From the NCBI GenBank assembly GCA_023137615.1, contig JAGLOS010000002.1:1-55864 (forward strand): 55,864 bases of DNA, in the 5' to 3' direction. The notes below the pieces were generated by a model. It was given only the letters and a program-made list of their open reading frames with translations, was not told the DNA's origin and searched no databases. Numbering within the stretch: the first letter of the stretch is position 1; each line of letters begins with the position of its first letter. Positions 33,069 through 41,247 of this stretch are shown piece by piece. This stretch comes from Minisyncoccota bacterium. GTDB taxonomy: Bacteria; Patescibacteriota; Minisyncoccia; Phycocordibacterales; JAGLOS01. The position numbers were made by a program, and so were the translations under genes.

Positions 33069-33644
33069 ATGACCCCATTAAACAAAAGAAATTGTGTCTC
33101 AAAAGCATGGCTTATTCGGTGGAGTTTTCATGGTTCTAATCCAGAAAAAAGTCTATCTGAACTAGGTATTGCTGAACGTATTTTGGACATAGTGACGTCA
33201 CGAAAAAATTATGATAAATATATATGCTTGTATGTTGAAAGTTTATATAAAGTATTTCAACTTTCTTACTCTGAAAAATTGTCTTTAGCAAAATATAATT
33301 ACACAAAAAACTGGAATAAAATATTTGGTGTTAGGATTCCAAAATATACTCACTATCAATCTGATGTATATAAAAAATTAATGGAGAGCGAACATTCTAA
33401 AGATGGTGATGAAGACTTGGTACAACAGTGGAAGATGTACCCAAAAAGTTATATTCTTGGACATAATCCATGTATTGAAGCAATTGAGGTGTTTAACATA
33501 TCTATTGTAGGTGACAATAATGAAATTCTTGAATGGGATGAGCCTATAGCAAATGGAACTAGGGTAAGAAAAATGTGCCAAGAAGGAAAGTTAGAAATTA
33601 GAAACGTAGGAGAAATAGGAGAAATAGGGTCAGGACTCATCTAA
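33069..33644 (+). CDS. Hypothetical protein (191 aa) in an AT-rich islet
   Basis: Uninterrupted ORF with no recognised motif. 12-bp inverted repeats flank it: GAGTCCTGACCC (33037-33048) and GGGTCAGGACTC (33627-33638). It overlaps the convergent endoQ stop by about 4 nt. Confidence 0.5.
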   Translation: MTPLNKRNCVSKAWLIRWSFHGSNPEKSLSELGIAERILDIVTSRKNYDKYICLYVESLYKVFQLSYSEKLSLAKYNYTKNWNKIFGVRIPKYTHYQSDVYKKLMESEHSKDGDEDLVQQWKMYPKSYILGHNPCIEAIEVFNISIVGDNNEILEWDEPIANGTRVRKMCQEGKLEIRNVGEIGEIGSGLI

Positions 33645-34927
33645 AACAAACTCTCCTGAGAGCTCAACCGTTCTCTATCTTTATCATCAAAAATCTTTAT
33701 TTTCCCGTATTCGCCGTCGTAGCCGGCGGCGATGTTGATGTTTCCGTCTCGCATTCGCTTGATCGCCTCGGCTAGCATCACTCCGCCGTGGGCTTCTATG
33801 TCTTTTATCGGCAGGTCAAGTAATATGGAAAATTCATTGCCAAGCGCTTCCAGCGTGTTTAAAAATTTCGTCTGAACTCTTTTGCTTGCCACGCCAACGC
33901 TTTCCACTTCGGAAATTATTTCAGGCAGAGGAACAATGCATTTGAAAGGGCGCGCGTTTTTTGGCTTGTATCCTTGCCGGTAGTTCGCGATATCTTCCAC
34001 GCGGTGCATTACGCCGACCGTTACCGGCTTGCCACACACCGGGCACAAAAATTTATTACGTTTTGTTTCTTTTGGAGTAAGACACGTTTTGCAGTTGCGA
34101 TGTCCATCAAGATAATATTTTCCTTCTTGCGGGTAGAATTCAATAGTGGATTCAAACGCTTTTGTGTCGTTTGTCTTTAACGCTTTTGTAATGGCGGGAT
34201 ATGAGAGTTCCGTATTAAAGATATTCGCTTCGCGTCCGAGTTTGCCCGGGGAGTGGGCATCCGAGTTTGAAATAATTGCCAGATTATCCAGCTCGGCGAT
34301 TCGCCAGTTCATCGCAGGATCGGACGAAAGCCCGGTTTCAATAGCGTAAATGTACTGGGTCAGCTCCTCAAAACATTCTTTCATCGTGTCAAAGCCAGAC
34401 CGCGAGCCGAATACTGAAAAATGCGGTGTCCAGATGTGCGCCGGTACGAACAAGCAATCTTCGGAAGCGTCCAAAGTGATCTTGAGCAGCTCTTTGGTGT
34501 CCAGTCCGAGGATCGGTCTTCCGTCGGAAGAGATATTTCCTATTTTTTGAAGCCGTGCGTTTATTTTTGCCGCTACGTCAAATGACGGCGCGAATATAAC
34601 ACTGTGAACTTTTCTGACCTTGTCGTTCTTTTTGTAAATAGTGCTTATCTCCACCGTGAGCAGATAGCGCATGTCGGTACGACAGCTTTTAAACACTTCT
34701 TTTTGAACTTCTTTTTCATATTCCGGCTTGAGGCGAAAAAGCCCGGGCTCAGCCGGTTCCAATTTCTTTTGTATTTCCTCAAACCACCGCGGATGCGTAA
34801 AATCTCCGGTACCGATCACCTCAATACCTTTCATCTGCGCCCACTTGGCAATGGACGAGATATTCATCTGCTTGGACGTCGCCCTTGAATAATGAGAATG
34901 AATATGAAAATCAGCAATAAAGCGCAT
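33641..34927 (-). CDS. Endonuclease Q-like PHP-domain protein (TIGR00375-type)
   Basis: 428 aa: FIADFHIHSHYSRATSK (PHP metal site), IGTGDFTHPRW, and the Zn-ribbon CPVCGKPVTVGVMHRV. Confidence 0.8.
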   Translation of the reverse strand: MRFIADFHIHSHYSRATSKQMNISSIAKWAQMKGIEVIGTGDFTHPRWFEEIQKKLEPAEPGLFRLKPEYEKEVQKEVFKSCRTDMRYLLTVEISTIYKKNDKVRKVHSVIFAPSFDVAAKINARLQKIGNISSDGRPILGLDTKELLKITLDASEDCLFVPAHIWTPHFSVFGSRSGFDTMKECFEELTQYIYAIETGLSSDPAMNWRIAELDNLAIISNSDAHSPGKLGREANIFNTELSYPAITKALKTNDTKAFESTIEFYPQEGKYYLDGHRNCKTCLTPKETKRNKFLCPVCGKPVTVGVMHRVEDIANYRQGYKPKNARPFKCIVPLPEIISEVESVGVASKRVQTKFLNTLEALGNEFSILLDLPIKDIEAHGGVMLAEAIKRMRDGNINIAAGYDGEYGKIKIFDDKDRERLSSQESLF

Positions 34928-35004
34928 ATGTTATTATTTTAACATCAACACCACACTTTGATAAATATAAAATATAGACGGCTATCGGAAATAGGTATAA
35001 GTTC

Positions 35005-35035
35005 AAAAAAAAATGTCACCCGTAGGTGACATTTT
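35005..35035 (-). terminator. Rho-independent terminator of the small peptide gene
   Basis: Stem AAAATGTCACC / GGTGACATTTT with loop CGTA. On the minus strand a run of at least 8 U follows. Confidence 0.8.
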
Positions 35036-35055
35036 AAGGCAACATCTAAATTAGA

Positions 35056-35157
35056 TCAAATAGACGCTACTGCGTACGCCACTAACACGATCGATGTTAG
35101 CAGACACACTATGGCGGGACAAATTCCTACCTGAGCAATCATATTGCTACTAATCAT
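35056..35157 (-). CDS. 33-aa hydrophobic peptide (candidate small membrane protein or type I toxin-like)
   Basis: It is not in the ORF track. The minus strand reads AAGGAGGTGGCTTT-ATG, encoding MISSNMIAQVGICPAIVCLLTSIVLVAYAVASI then a stop. It has a strong SD, its own promoter and its own terminator. Confidence 0.55.
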   Translation of the reverse strand: MISSNMIAQVGICPAIVCLLTSIVLVAYAVASI

Positions 35158-35239
35158 AAAGCCACCTCCTTTCTTTGTTTTTAACGAAGTTAAAATAGAC
35201 TAACATTCGTTAAATTAGTTGTGCGAATTACTATAAAAA

Positions 35240-35268
35240 AGTTTACTTCATACGAATAATAGTGTCAA
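35240..35268 (-). promoter_or_regulatory. Candidate promoter of the small peptide gene (TTGACA, 17 nt, TAAACT)
   Basis: Minus-strand TTGACA is at 35263-35268 and TAAACT at 35240-35245. The leader of about 75 nt contains the 8-bp hairpin TTAACGAA/TTCGTTAA. Confidence 0.45.
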
Positions 35269-35365
35269 TAACTTCAAAAACACTTGCGTATCGGTTTTTA
35301 GCAAATACAATCAGACTCCTTATAACATCAAAATATCAGATGTATTAAACTAAGCTGCAGTAGCT

Positions 35366-35638
35366 TTAATTATTTTCTCCTTTGTCAGTTTTATCAGCTA
35401 TCTTTTTTAGGTTTTCGTGAATTTTGAACACTACTATCAGCAGCTCACACCAGATGCGTGCTCCAATAGCTATACTAAGCATGAGAAGGAGGCCGGTTAT
35501 AAATTTTTCAAGCGTGAATCCACGTGTGAACATTGTACTAAGACCGCTAAATATGGCAGCGAGTAACATTAGCCAATAAACGAAAGTGATTATCTTTGGA
35601 GTAAGCATCTCATCAAGTAAAAATATTTTTTTTGACAT
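35366..35638 (-). CDS. DUF4282-like small membrane protein
   Basis: 90 aa. LDEMLTPKIITFVYWLMLL and two further TM helices match my recollection of DUF4282. Confidence 0.65.
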   Translation of the reverse strand: MSKKIFLLDEMLTPKIITFVYWLMLLAAIFSGLSTMFTRGFTLEKFITGLLLMLSIAIGARIWCELLIVVFKIHENLKKIADKTDKGENN

Positions 35639-35912
35639 AATATAAAAATTAATTTAATTAAAAATATATTGAATAATAACTATTTGTATCAATATTTGGA
35701 CACTTGTACATGATATAACTTTCTCTGTTTTATAAAGAGAGCGGGGAATGGTCGACGTCCAATTCCATTAAAACATCAAATACATAATGACCTCTATATG
35801 TAAATAAAGTATAGCATTTTAGGAAAATATTGGTAGAAAAAGTGGGGGTGTGTTCAAAATGACAAATGTGAAATTGTTGCCGCAATCTGGTAGAGCATGA
35901 AAAAATAAATAT

Positions 35913-36656
35913 ATGGTATTATTAAAATATATGGTTATGAGTAAACATCTCTTTTGGATCTTAGTCGCCGTTTTTCTATTTCTGGTAGTTGGAGTGACTA
36001 TTTTTGTGGAAAATAGAGATAGTGATAATAAAATAAAAGAACCTGTTGCATGTACTCTTGATGCAAAGATCTGCCCGGATGGATCTTCGGTGGGACGTAT
36101 CCCGCCTGACTGTGAATTTGCTACGTGTCCTGCAGAAATTTTCGAAGAGCCGATCGGAGGACAGCGCGATGAGTATGGTTGTTTGGGTCCAGCAGGGTAT
36201 ACTTTTGATGAAAGCATTGGAGCGTGTATAAGAAGTTGGGAGATGGATAGCGAAGAGAAAGCAACTGCGGCTCAGATCGCGGTTGGATATGTTGCTTTTG
36301 AAAAAGGGCTTACTGTGATAGATGTCGAGGTCTTTAAATGCCCCGGGTGTTTCGATGTTAGTTTAGACCAAGAAGGGGAGCGCATGTCGGTATCATTACG
36401 GGATTGGGAAGTTTCCTCAGTGAATAATTCAAAACCACAAATACCGGATGACAAAAATGATAATGGCTCTGTCTTAATTGAGAGTGACTTTGGTACAAAA
36501 ATTGTATACGGAACCAGTCAAAGTGTCGACACTGCTCCTTTAATAAAAGACTGTGAAGCTCGTGGTGGTGTGTTTAACACTTGCGGGAATCCTTGTGGAC
36601 CGGAGGCGGAAATGTGTATTACTGTGTGTGCGTTTACCTGTGAGGATATAATTTAG
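35913..36656 (+). CDS. Secreted/anchored Cys-rich protein
   Basis: 247 aa with a signal-anchor (alternative starts at 35931 and 35937). It has the motif CPDGSSVGRIPPDCEFATCP and a C-terminal Cys cluster, CGNPCGPEAEMCITVCAFTCE. Confidence 0.6.
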   Translation: MVLLKYMVMSKHLFWILVAVFLFLVVGVTIFVENRDSDNKIKEPVACTLDAKICPDGSSVGRIPPDCEFATCPAEIFEEPIGGQRDEYGCLGPAGYTFDESIGACIRSWEMDSEEKATAAQIAVGYVAFEKGLTVIDVEVFKCPGCFDVSLDQEGERMSVSLRDWEVSSVNNSKPQIPDDKNDNGSVLIESDFGTKIVYGTSQSVDTAPLIKDCEARGGVFNTCGNPCGPEAEMCITVCAFTCEDII

Positions 36657-36735
36657 AATTAAGAACAATGAACAATGAATCATGAGGGGTTCTTGATGCT
36701 ACTCTTCATTTACACTTTCATGTTCAATTTTCAAA

Positions 36736-36815
36736 CGTCATTGCGAACGAAGTGAAGCAATCTAGGGTATGCAAGTTGTAACTCTGGATTGCTTCGCCTA
36801 CGTCTCGCAATGACG
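36736..36815. repeat. Complete hairpin family A element (about 80 nt)
   Basis: CGTCATTGCGAACGAAGTGAAGCAATCTAG...ACTCTGGATTGCTTCGCCTACGTCTCGCAATGACG. The arms are imperfectly complementary. Confidence 0.8.
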
Positions 36816-36932
36816 AATTTGTAGTAAAGGGATAATTCTATTATGTTGTGTATAACGTTGTAGTTATATAGACTAGCGGGTGATATACTTTAAGATATTA
36901 AGATATATTTATTAGTTATCTAATTATTTATT

Positions 36933-37814
36933 ATGAGAATTATTTACGCACTTCCAATTTTTATTATCCGTCAACACGAGCTTGGCATATTTGAGTTTTT
37001 TGGCAAATATTCCTATTTTAGCAAGCCGGGGCTGAAGATCATGATCCCGTTTATTCACACGTGTCGTATTCGAGACATTCGGGAACATACAATGGATATC
37101 CCTCCTCAGTCTGTTATTACAAAAGATAATGTTGAGATTCGCGTGGACGGTATTATTTGGGCGAAGCCAAAAGCGGATGAGAAAAGTATTAAAGAAACAT
37201 TTTATAGTATTGATGATTGGAAATATGCTGTAATGGAGCTTGCTATGTCAAATCTTCGTCAAGAGTTTGGTAACATAACTCTTGATGAGAGCTTGATCTC
37301 CAGAGAAAAGATCTCGCATGATCTCCAAAAGAGTTTGGATCTTCTTACCAATGATTGGGGTGTTAAGGTTAGTAAAGTAGAGATGCGTTTGATCGATCCG
37401 CCAAACGATATTAAAGCTGCTATGCACAAACAAAAGACCGCAGAGCAGGAACGTCGTTCGATGCGACTTCTCGCGACAGGTCAGTTTGAAGCAGCGCAAC
37501 AAGAAAAGCTTGCGGCGATCGAAGTCGCAAAAGGTGAGAAAGAATCGCAAATTCTTCGAGCGCAGGCAAAAAAGGAAGAGCAAATTCTTCACGCAGAAGG
37601 TGAAAAAGAAGCCAAAGTACGTATTGCGGAAGGTGAAGCAGAGAAGATCAGAATGGTAAGTGAAGCCGCTATTACATATTTCCACAATGGGGCAAAAGAC
37701 CTTAAAGAGTTGGAGGTTACAGAAAATGCTCTTAAGCACAACAGTAAAGTGGTACTTACCGAAAAAGGTATTTCACCACAAGTGATAATTGGTGAAATTC
37801 CGACCACGAAATAG
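36933..37814 (+). CDS. SPFH/band-7 (stomatin/prohibitin-like) protein
   Basis: 293 aa: GLKIMIPFIHTCRIRDIREH, VITKDNVEIRVDGIIW, and an A/E/K-rich coiled C-terminus (AEGEAEKIR). Confidence 0.85.
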   Translation: MRIIYALPIFIIRQHELGIFEFFGKYSYFSKPGLKIMIPFIHTCRIRDIREHTMDIPPQSVITKDNVEIRVDGIIWAKPKADEKSIKETFYSIDDWKYAVMELAMSNLRQEFGNITLDESLISREKISHDLQKSLDLLTNDWGVKVSKVEMRLIDPPNDIKAAMHKQKTAEQERRSMRLLATGQFEAAQQEKLAAIEVAKGEKESQILRAQAKKEEQILHAEGEKEAKVRIAEGEAEKIRMVSEAAITYFHNGAKDLKELEVTENALKHNSKVVLTEKGISPQVIIGEIPTTK

Positions 37815-37832
37815 ACGAAAAAAAGGAAAAAC

Positions 37833-37867
37833 AAAAATACTCCAAGGATGGTCCTTGGAGTATTTTT
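37833..37867. terminator. Bidirectional terminator
   Basis: 16-bp stem AAAAATACTCCAAGGA-TGG-TCCTTGGAGTATTTTT. Confidence 0.8.
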
Positions 37868-38059
37868 GTTATTTAGCGGGTGCGTACATTAACCCCTTTA
37901 CCGGCTCGTCGTGATTTCTTTTTACGAGCTTGTTTTTGTTTTTTATTCATAATCTGTCTTTTAAAAATGTATAATATTGTCCTTTCTTAAGTATATCATA
38001 AAGAATTATGTATCATGATCTAAGAATCGTGAATCAAGAAAATGTTTTTGTTATCCAAT

Positions 38060-38256
38060 GTCATTGCGAGTCGCAAGTCCGCAGTGTCCGCAGACTAAGC
38101 AATCCAACACCCAACGTCATTGCGAGAAGTGATACGGAGCGAAGCGGAGTAGCATGACGAAGCAATCCAGAGTATGTTGGTATAACTCTGGATTGCTTCG
38201 CCTGCGGCTCGCAATGACGATAGTGATCTTAACCAAACATAATCATCGTTTCCCTA
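38060..38256. repeat. Two nested/adjacent hairpin family A elements plus the conserved tail
   Basis: GTCATTGCGAG occurs at 38060 and 38118. The right arm is ACTCTGGATTGCTTCGCCTGCGGCTCGCAATGACG (38185-38219). The tail TTAACCAAACATAATCATCGTTTCCCTA lies at 38229-38256. Confidence 0.8.
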
Positions 38257-38302
38257 CTCAGTTTGTTTTGGATGAAGATAAAAACAGTGTATGATATAAA
38301 TT

Positions 38303-39961
38303 ATGAAGCAGAGTCAAGCACTCGATATTCTCAAAACGGGACGTAATGTATTTTTGACGGGTCCTGCCGGGTCCGGGAAAACATATGTGCTCAATAAATA
38401 TATAGATTTTTTGCGTAAAAGTGGCGTTGCGGTCGGAGTTACCGCGTCGACAGGTATTGCGGCAACGCATATGAACGGGATTACGATCCATTCATGGAGT
38501 GGTATTGGTATCAAAGACAGTCTCTCGGGAAAAGACTTGGAAAAGATAGCGAAGCGTAAATATATTCGTGAGCGGCTTGTTGAGGCGAAAGTTCTCGTGA
38601 TCGATGAAGTGTCGATGTTGCATCATTTTCGGCTAGACCTTGTGGACATGGTCTGCCGTGCGGTGCGCCAGAAGGATGAGCCGTTTGGTGGCTTGCAAGT
38701 GGTGCTTTCCGGAGATTTTTTCCAACTTCCTCCGATCTCTCGAGGTGACGAGCTTGCGCATTTTGTACACCAGTCTGATGTGTGGAAAAAGATGGATCTC
38801 AAGATCTGTTACTTGGAAGAACAATATCGTCAAGAAGACGATGAATTGCTTCGGGTTCTTTCTGATATTAGAAGTGATAATGTAAATGACGAAACTTTGA
38901 AACCTTTGCGTAAAAGATATCGAAAAGATGTGGAAGGAGATATATATCCGACAAAACTTTATACACATAATATGGATGTTGATGTAATAAATGAGCGTGA
39001 ACTTGAAAAGATCGAAGGAGAAGAATCCGTGTATGAAATGGATGACAAAGGGAAAGGGGTTCTCGTGGACATATTGAAAAGAAGTTGCCTTGCTCCAGAG
39101 ATGTTGCGGCTCAAAGACGGAGCTGTTGTGATGTTTGTGAAAAATAATTTTGATGAAGGATATGTGAACGGGACTCTTGGAGTTGTAGAGCGTTTTGGCA
39201 GTGATGGAATGCCGGTGGTACGTATAAAAAGTGGCAAGACAATACATGTGAAGGGCGATCAGTGGATGATCGAAGAAGAGGGCGAAGTGCTTGCGGAGAT
39301 CCATCAGTTACCGCTTCGTCTCGCGTGGGCGATCACGGTACATAAGAGCCAAGGTATGAGTTTGGATGCGGCGGAGATCGATCTGTCAAAGTCGTTTGTC
39401 GCTGGTATGGGATATGTAGCACTTTCTCGTGTTCGAACGCTTTCCGGTTTGAAACTTATGGGTCTCAATGAAATAGCAAGGAAAGTAAGTCCTGACGTGT
39501 TAAAACACGATGCGGTATTGCGTGAAGATTCCCAAAATGCCGTAAAAGAATTGGAAAAGATGGGAGTTGAGAAAATAGAAAAAAAGAAAGAGAAATACAT
39601 CAGCAGTATTGCAGGTACAAAAAAGAAGAAGGAACCAAAGATCTCTACATACAATAAGACACGATTGCTCGTAGAAAAGAAATATTCTGTTGAGGCAATG
39701 ACAGAAGAAAGGGGAATGACTTCAGGAACCATATTAAGTCATCTTGAAAAAATCAAAGAAAAAGACGACAAGGTGGATATGGAATACTTGCGACCCACAA
39801 AAGCTCGCATGAAAAAGATCGAAGTGGCGTTCAATAAAGTATACAAAAAGACGAAAGACACCAAGCTTTCACCTGTACGGGATATTGTCGGAAAGGGATT
39901 TTCTTTTGACGAGTTACGGCTTGGAAGACTTTTTGTCAAGATCAAGAATATCAAGGACTGA
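38303..39961 (+). CDS. Pif1/RecD-like superfamily-1 DNA helicase with a C-terminal HTH-like extension
   Basis: 552 aa: Walker A GPAGSGKT, Walker B VLVIDEVSM, GDFFQLPPI, and AITVHKSQGMSLD near the C-terminus of the core. Confidence 0.85.
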   Translation: MKQSQALDILKTGRNVFLTGPAGSGKTYVLNKYIDFLRKSGVAVGVTASTGIAATHMNGITIHSWSGIGIKDSLSGKDLEKIAKRKYIRERLVEAKVLVIDEVSMLHHFRLDLVDMVCRAVRQKDEPFGGLQVVLSGDFFQLPPISRGDELAHFVHQSDVWKKMDLKICYLEEQYRQEDDELLRVLSDIRSDNVNDETLKPLRKRYRKDVEGDIYPTKLYTHNMDVDVINERELEKIEGEESVYEMDDKGKGVLVDILKRSCLAPEMLRLKDGAVVMFVKNNFDEGYVNGTLGVVERFGSDGMPVVRIKSGKTIHVKGDQWMIEEEGEVLAEIHQLPLRLAWAITVHKSQGMSLDAAEIDLSKSFVAGMGYVALSRVRTLSGLKLMGLNEIARKVSPDVLKHDAVLREDSQNAVKELEKMGVEKIEKKKEKYISSIAGTKKKKEPKISTYNKTRLLVEKKYSVEAMTEERGMTSGTILSHLEKIKEKDDKVDMEYLRPTKARMKKIEVAFNKVYKKTKDTKLSPVRDIVGKGFSFDELRLGRLFVKIKNIKD

Positions 39962-40003
39962 ATTATCGAGGACGGTCCTTGATGTGCGCCATTAAGTGGT
40001 TTT

Positions 40004-40540
40004 TTATGAGTCTTTCTTTAAGTATATAGCGCCGTAATGGTAATTACCCGCAGAGATGTTTTGTGTGAAAGTAAATCCGGCGGAAGTTGCGAGCTCTGTC
40101 GCTTGTTGCTGGGTTACGACATTTTCAGGAGTCGGACCCATGTTTGAAAACGAACTGCGCCAATCGACAATGAGCAAACGACCGCTCGGTTTTACTATAC
40201 GGTATGCTTCTTTGAGTATTGCCGGTTTGTCGTCGTATGAGAAAAGAGTATTGGGTATGATGACCACATCAATAGAATTTTCTTTTTGCTTTGTTCCGTT
40301 CGGACTTTCCACGTTTCCGTGAATAGGTGTGATGTTGGTAAGGTTTTGTATCATAGCATCTGTTTTGAGCTTTTGCAACATATCGGAGCGAACATCTACC
40401 GCATAAACGTGACCGGAGTCTTTCAGTGCGCGTGATGCGGCAAACGAATGTCCTCCGACACCGGAACCAAAGATCACAATATGGTCGCCCGTGTTGAGTC
40501 CGAGCTGGTCTATATTTTTATTGGGGTTTGTGAATGACAT
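40004..40540 (-). CDS. Class I SAM-dependent methyltransferase (paralog of 248-778)
   Basis: 178 aa: IFGSGVGGHS, LLIVDWRSSF and NYHYGAIYLKK align along the full length with the 248-778 product. Confidence 0.8.
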   Translation of the reverse strand: MSFTNPNKNIDQLGLNTGDHIVIFGSGVGGHSFAASRALKDSGHVYAVDVRSDMLQKLKTDAMIQNLTNITPIHGNVESPNGTKQKENSIDVVIIPNTLFSYDDKPAILKEAYRIVKPSGRLLIVDWRSSFSNMGPTPENVVTQQQATELATSAGFTFTQNISAGNYHYGAIYLKKDS

Positions 40541-40652
40541 AATAAATATATTATATCATGCATTATTAACAAGGAGGAAGTATGTGTGGGCAGACGCGCT
40601 CTTGAGCACGGCGAATTAAGAGCTACCTTTTTAATTAAAATTTAGTTTTTTG

Positions 40653-40681
40653 TTGACTATATCTTTGTTTTTGCGTTTAAT
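40653..40681 (+). promoter_or_regulatory. Candidate promoter giving a leaderless mRNA (TTGACT, 17 nt, TTTAAT)
   Basis: The -10 ends 6 nt before the ATG at 40688, and no SD is possible. Confidence 0.4.
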
Positions 40682-40687
40682 ATACAA

Positions 40688-41179
40688 ATGGATACAACAC
40701 AACAATATATTACGGAAATACAGAACAGTCGGGGAAAGGTGAGTACCAACTTTGCCTCACTCGAGTATTTTATCGCACAGTTTATAACAATGCACTATTT
40801 CAAAGGACCGAATCATGACTTTACCGCAGAAGTATTGGAAGATGAGTATTTCAGTTTTGGACTTTTGGCAAAAATATTTGATAAAGTATTAAAAAAATAT
40901 CCGGACCTCTATAAAAAATTTCCGTTTCAGAAATTGCGGCGACTGCAAAAGTTGAGAAACGTGATCGTACATGCGCGTCTACAAAGTAAGGCAACACTCG
41001 ATGGTCGCAAAGAGAATATTAAAAAGATCGGTATGACCTATTTTTATCATGCCGGTAAAGAGTATCAAGTGGAGGAGGTGTTTGAAGAATACGAGAAACT
41101 TCGAAATATCGTACAGCCCGCAATCATAGATCTTCCCGGGGTGAAAAATGATGTCGAGAGAGTGTTGCTTAGATCATAA
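40688..41179 (+). CDS. Hypothetical all-alpha protein with a HEPN-like Rx4H motif
   Basis: 163 aa. KLRRLQKLRNVIVHARL carries the R-N-x-x-x-H signature common to HEPN RNase families. Nothing else is recognised. Confidence 0.5.
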   Translation: MDTTQQYITEIQNSRGKVSTNFASLEYFIAQFITMHYFKGPNHDFTAEVLEDEYFSFGLLAKIFDKVLKKYPDLYKKFPFQKLRRLQKLRNVIVHARLQSKATLDGRKENIKKIGMTYFYHAGKEYQVEEVFEEYEKLRNIVQPAIIDLPGVKNDVERVLLRS

Positions 41180-41231
41180 AAATATTTATCCACTGATTTT
41201 TTTGTTTGTGAGTATGTATGTAAAGCAGGTC

Positions 41232-41240
41232 TGGTATAAT
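41232..41240 (+). promoter_or_regulatory. Extended -10 promoter (TGgTATAAT), probably leaderless sppA
   Basis: TATAAT lies at 41235-41240 and is preceded by TGG. The ATG at 41248 is 7 nt downstream. Confidence 0.45.
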
Positions 41241-41247
41241 TGTGCAC

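Noticed and set aside
33037-33638. Calling the 191-aa ORF flanked by 12-bp inverted repeats an insertion sequence.
   Set aside because: I saw no DDE, HUH or serine/tyrosine recombinase motif in the protein and no target-site duplication. I report it as an observation only.
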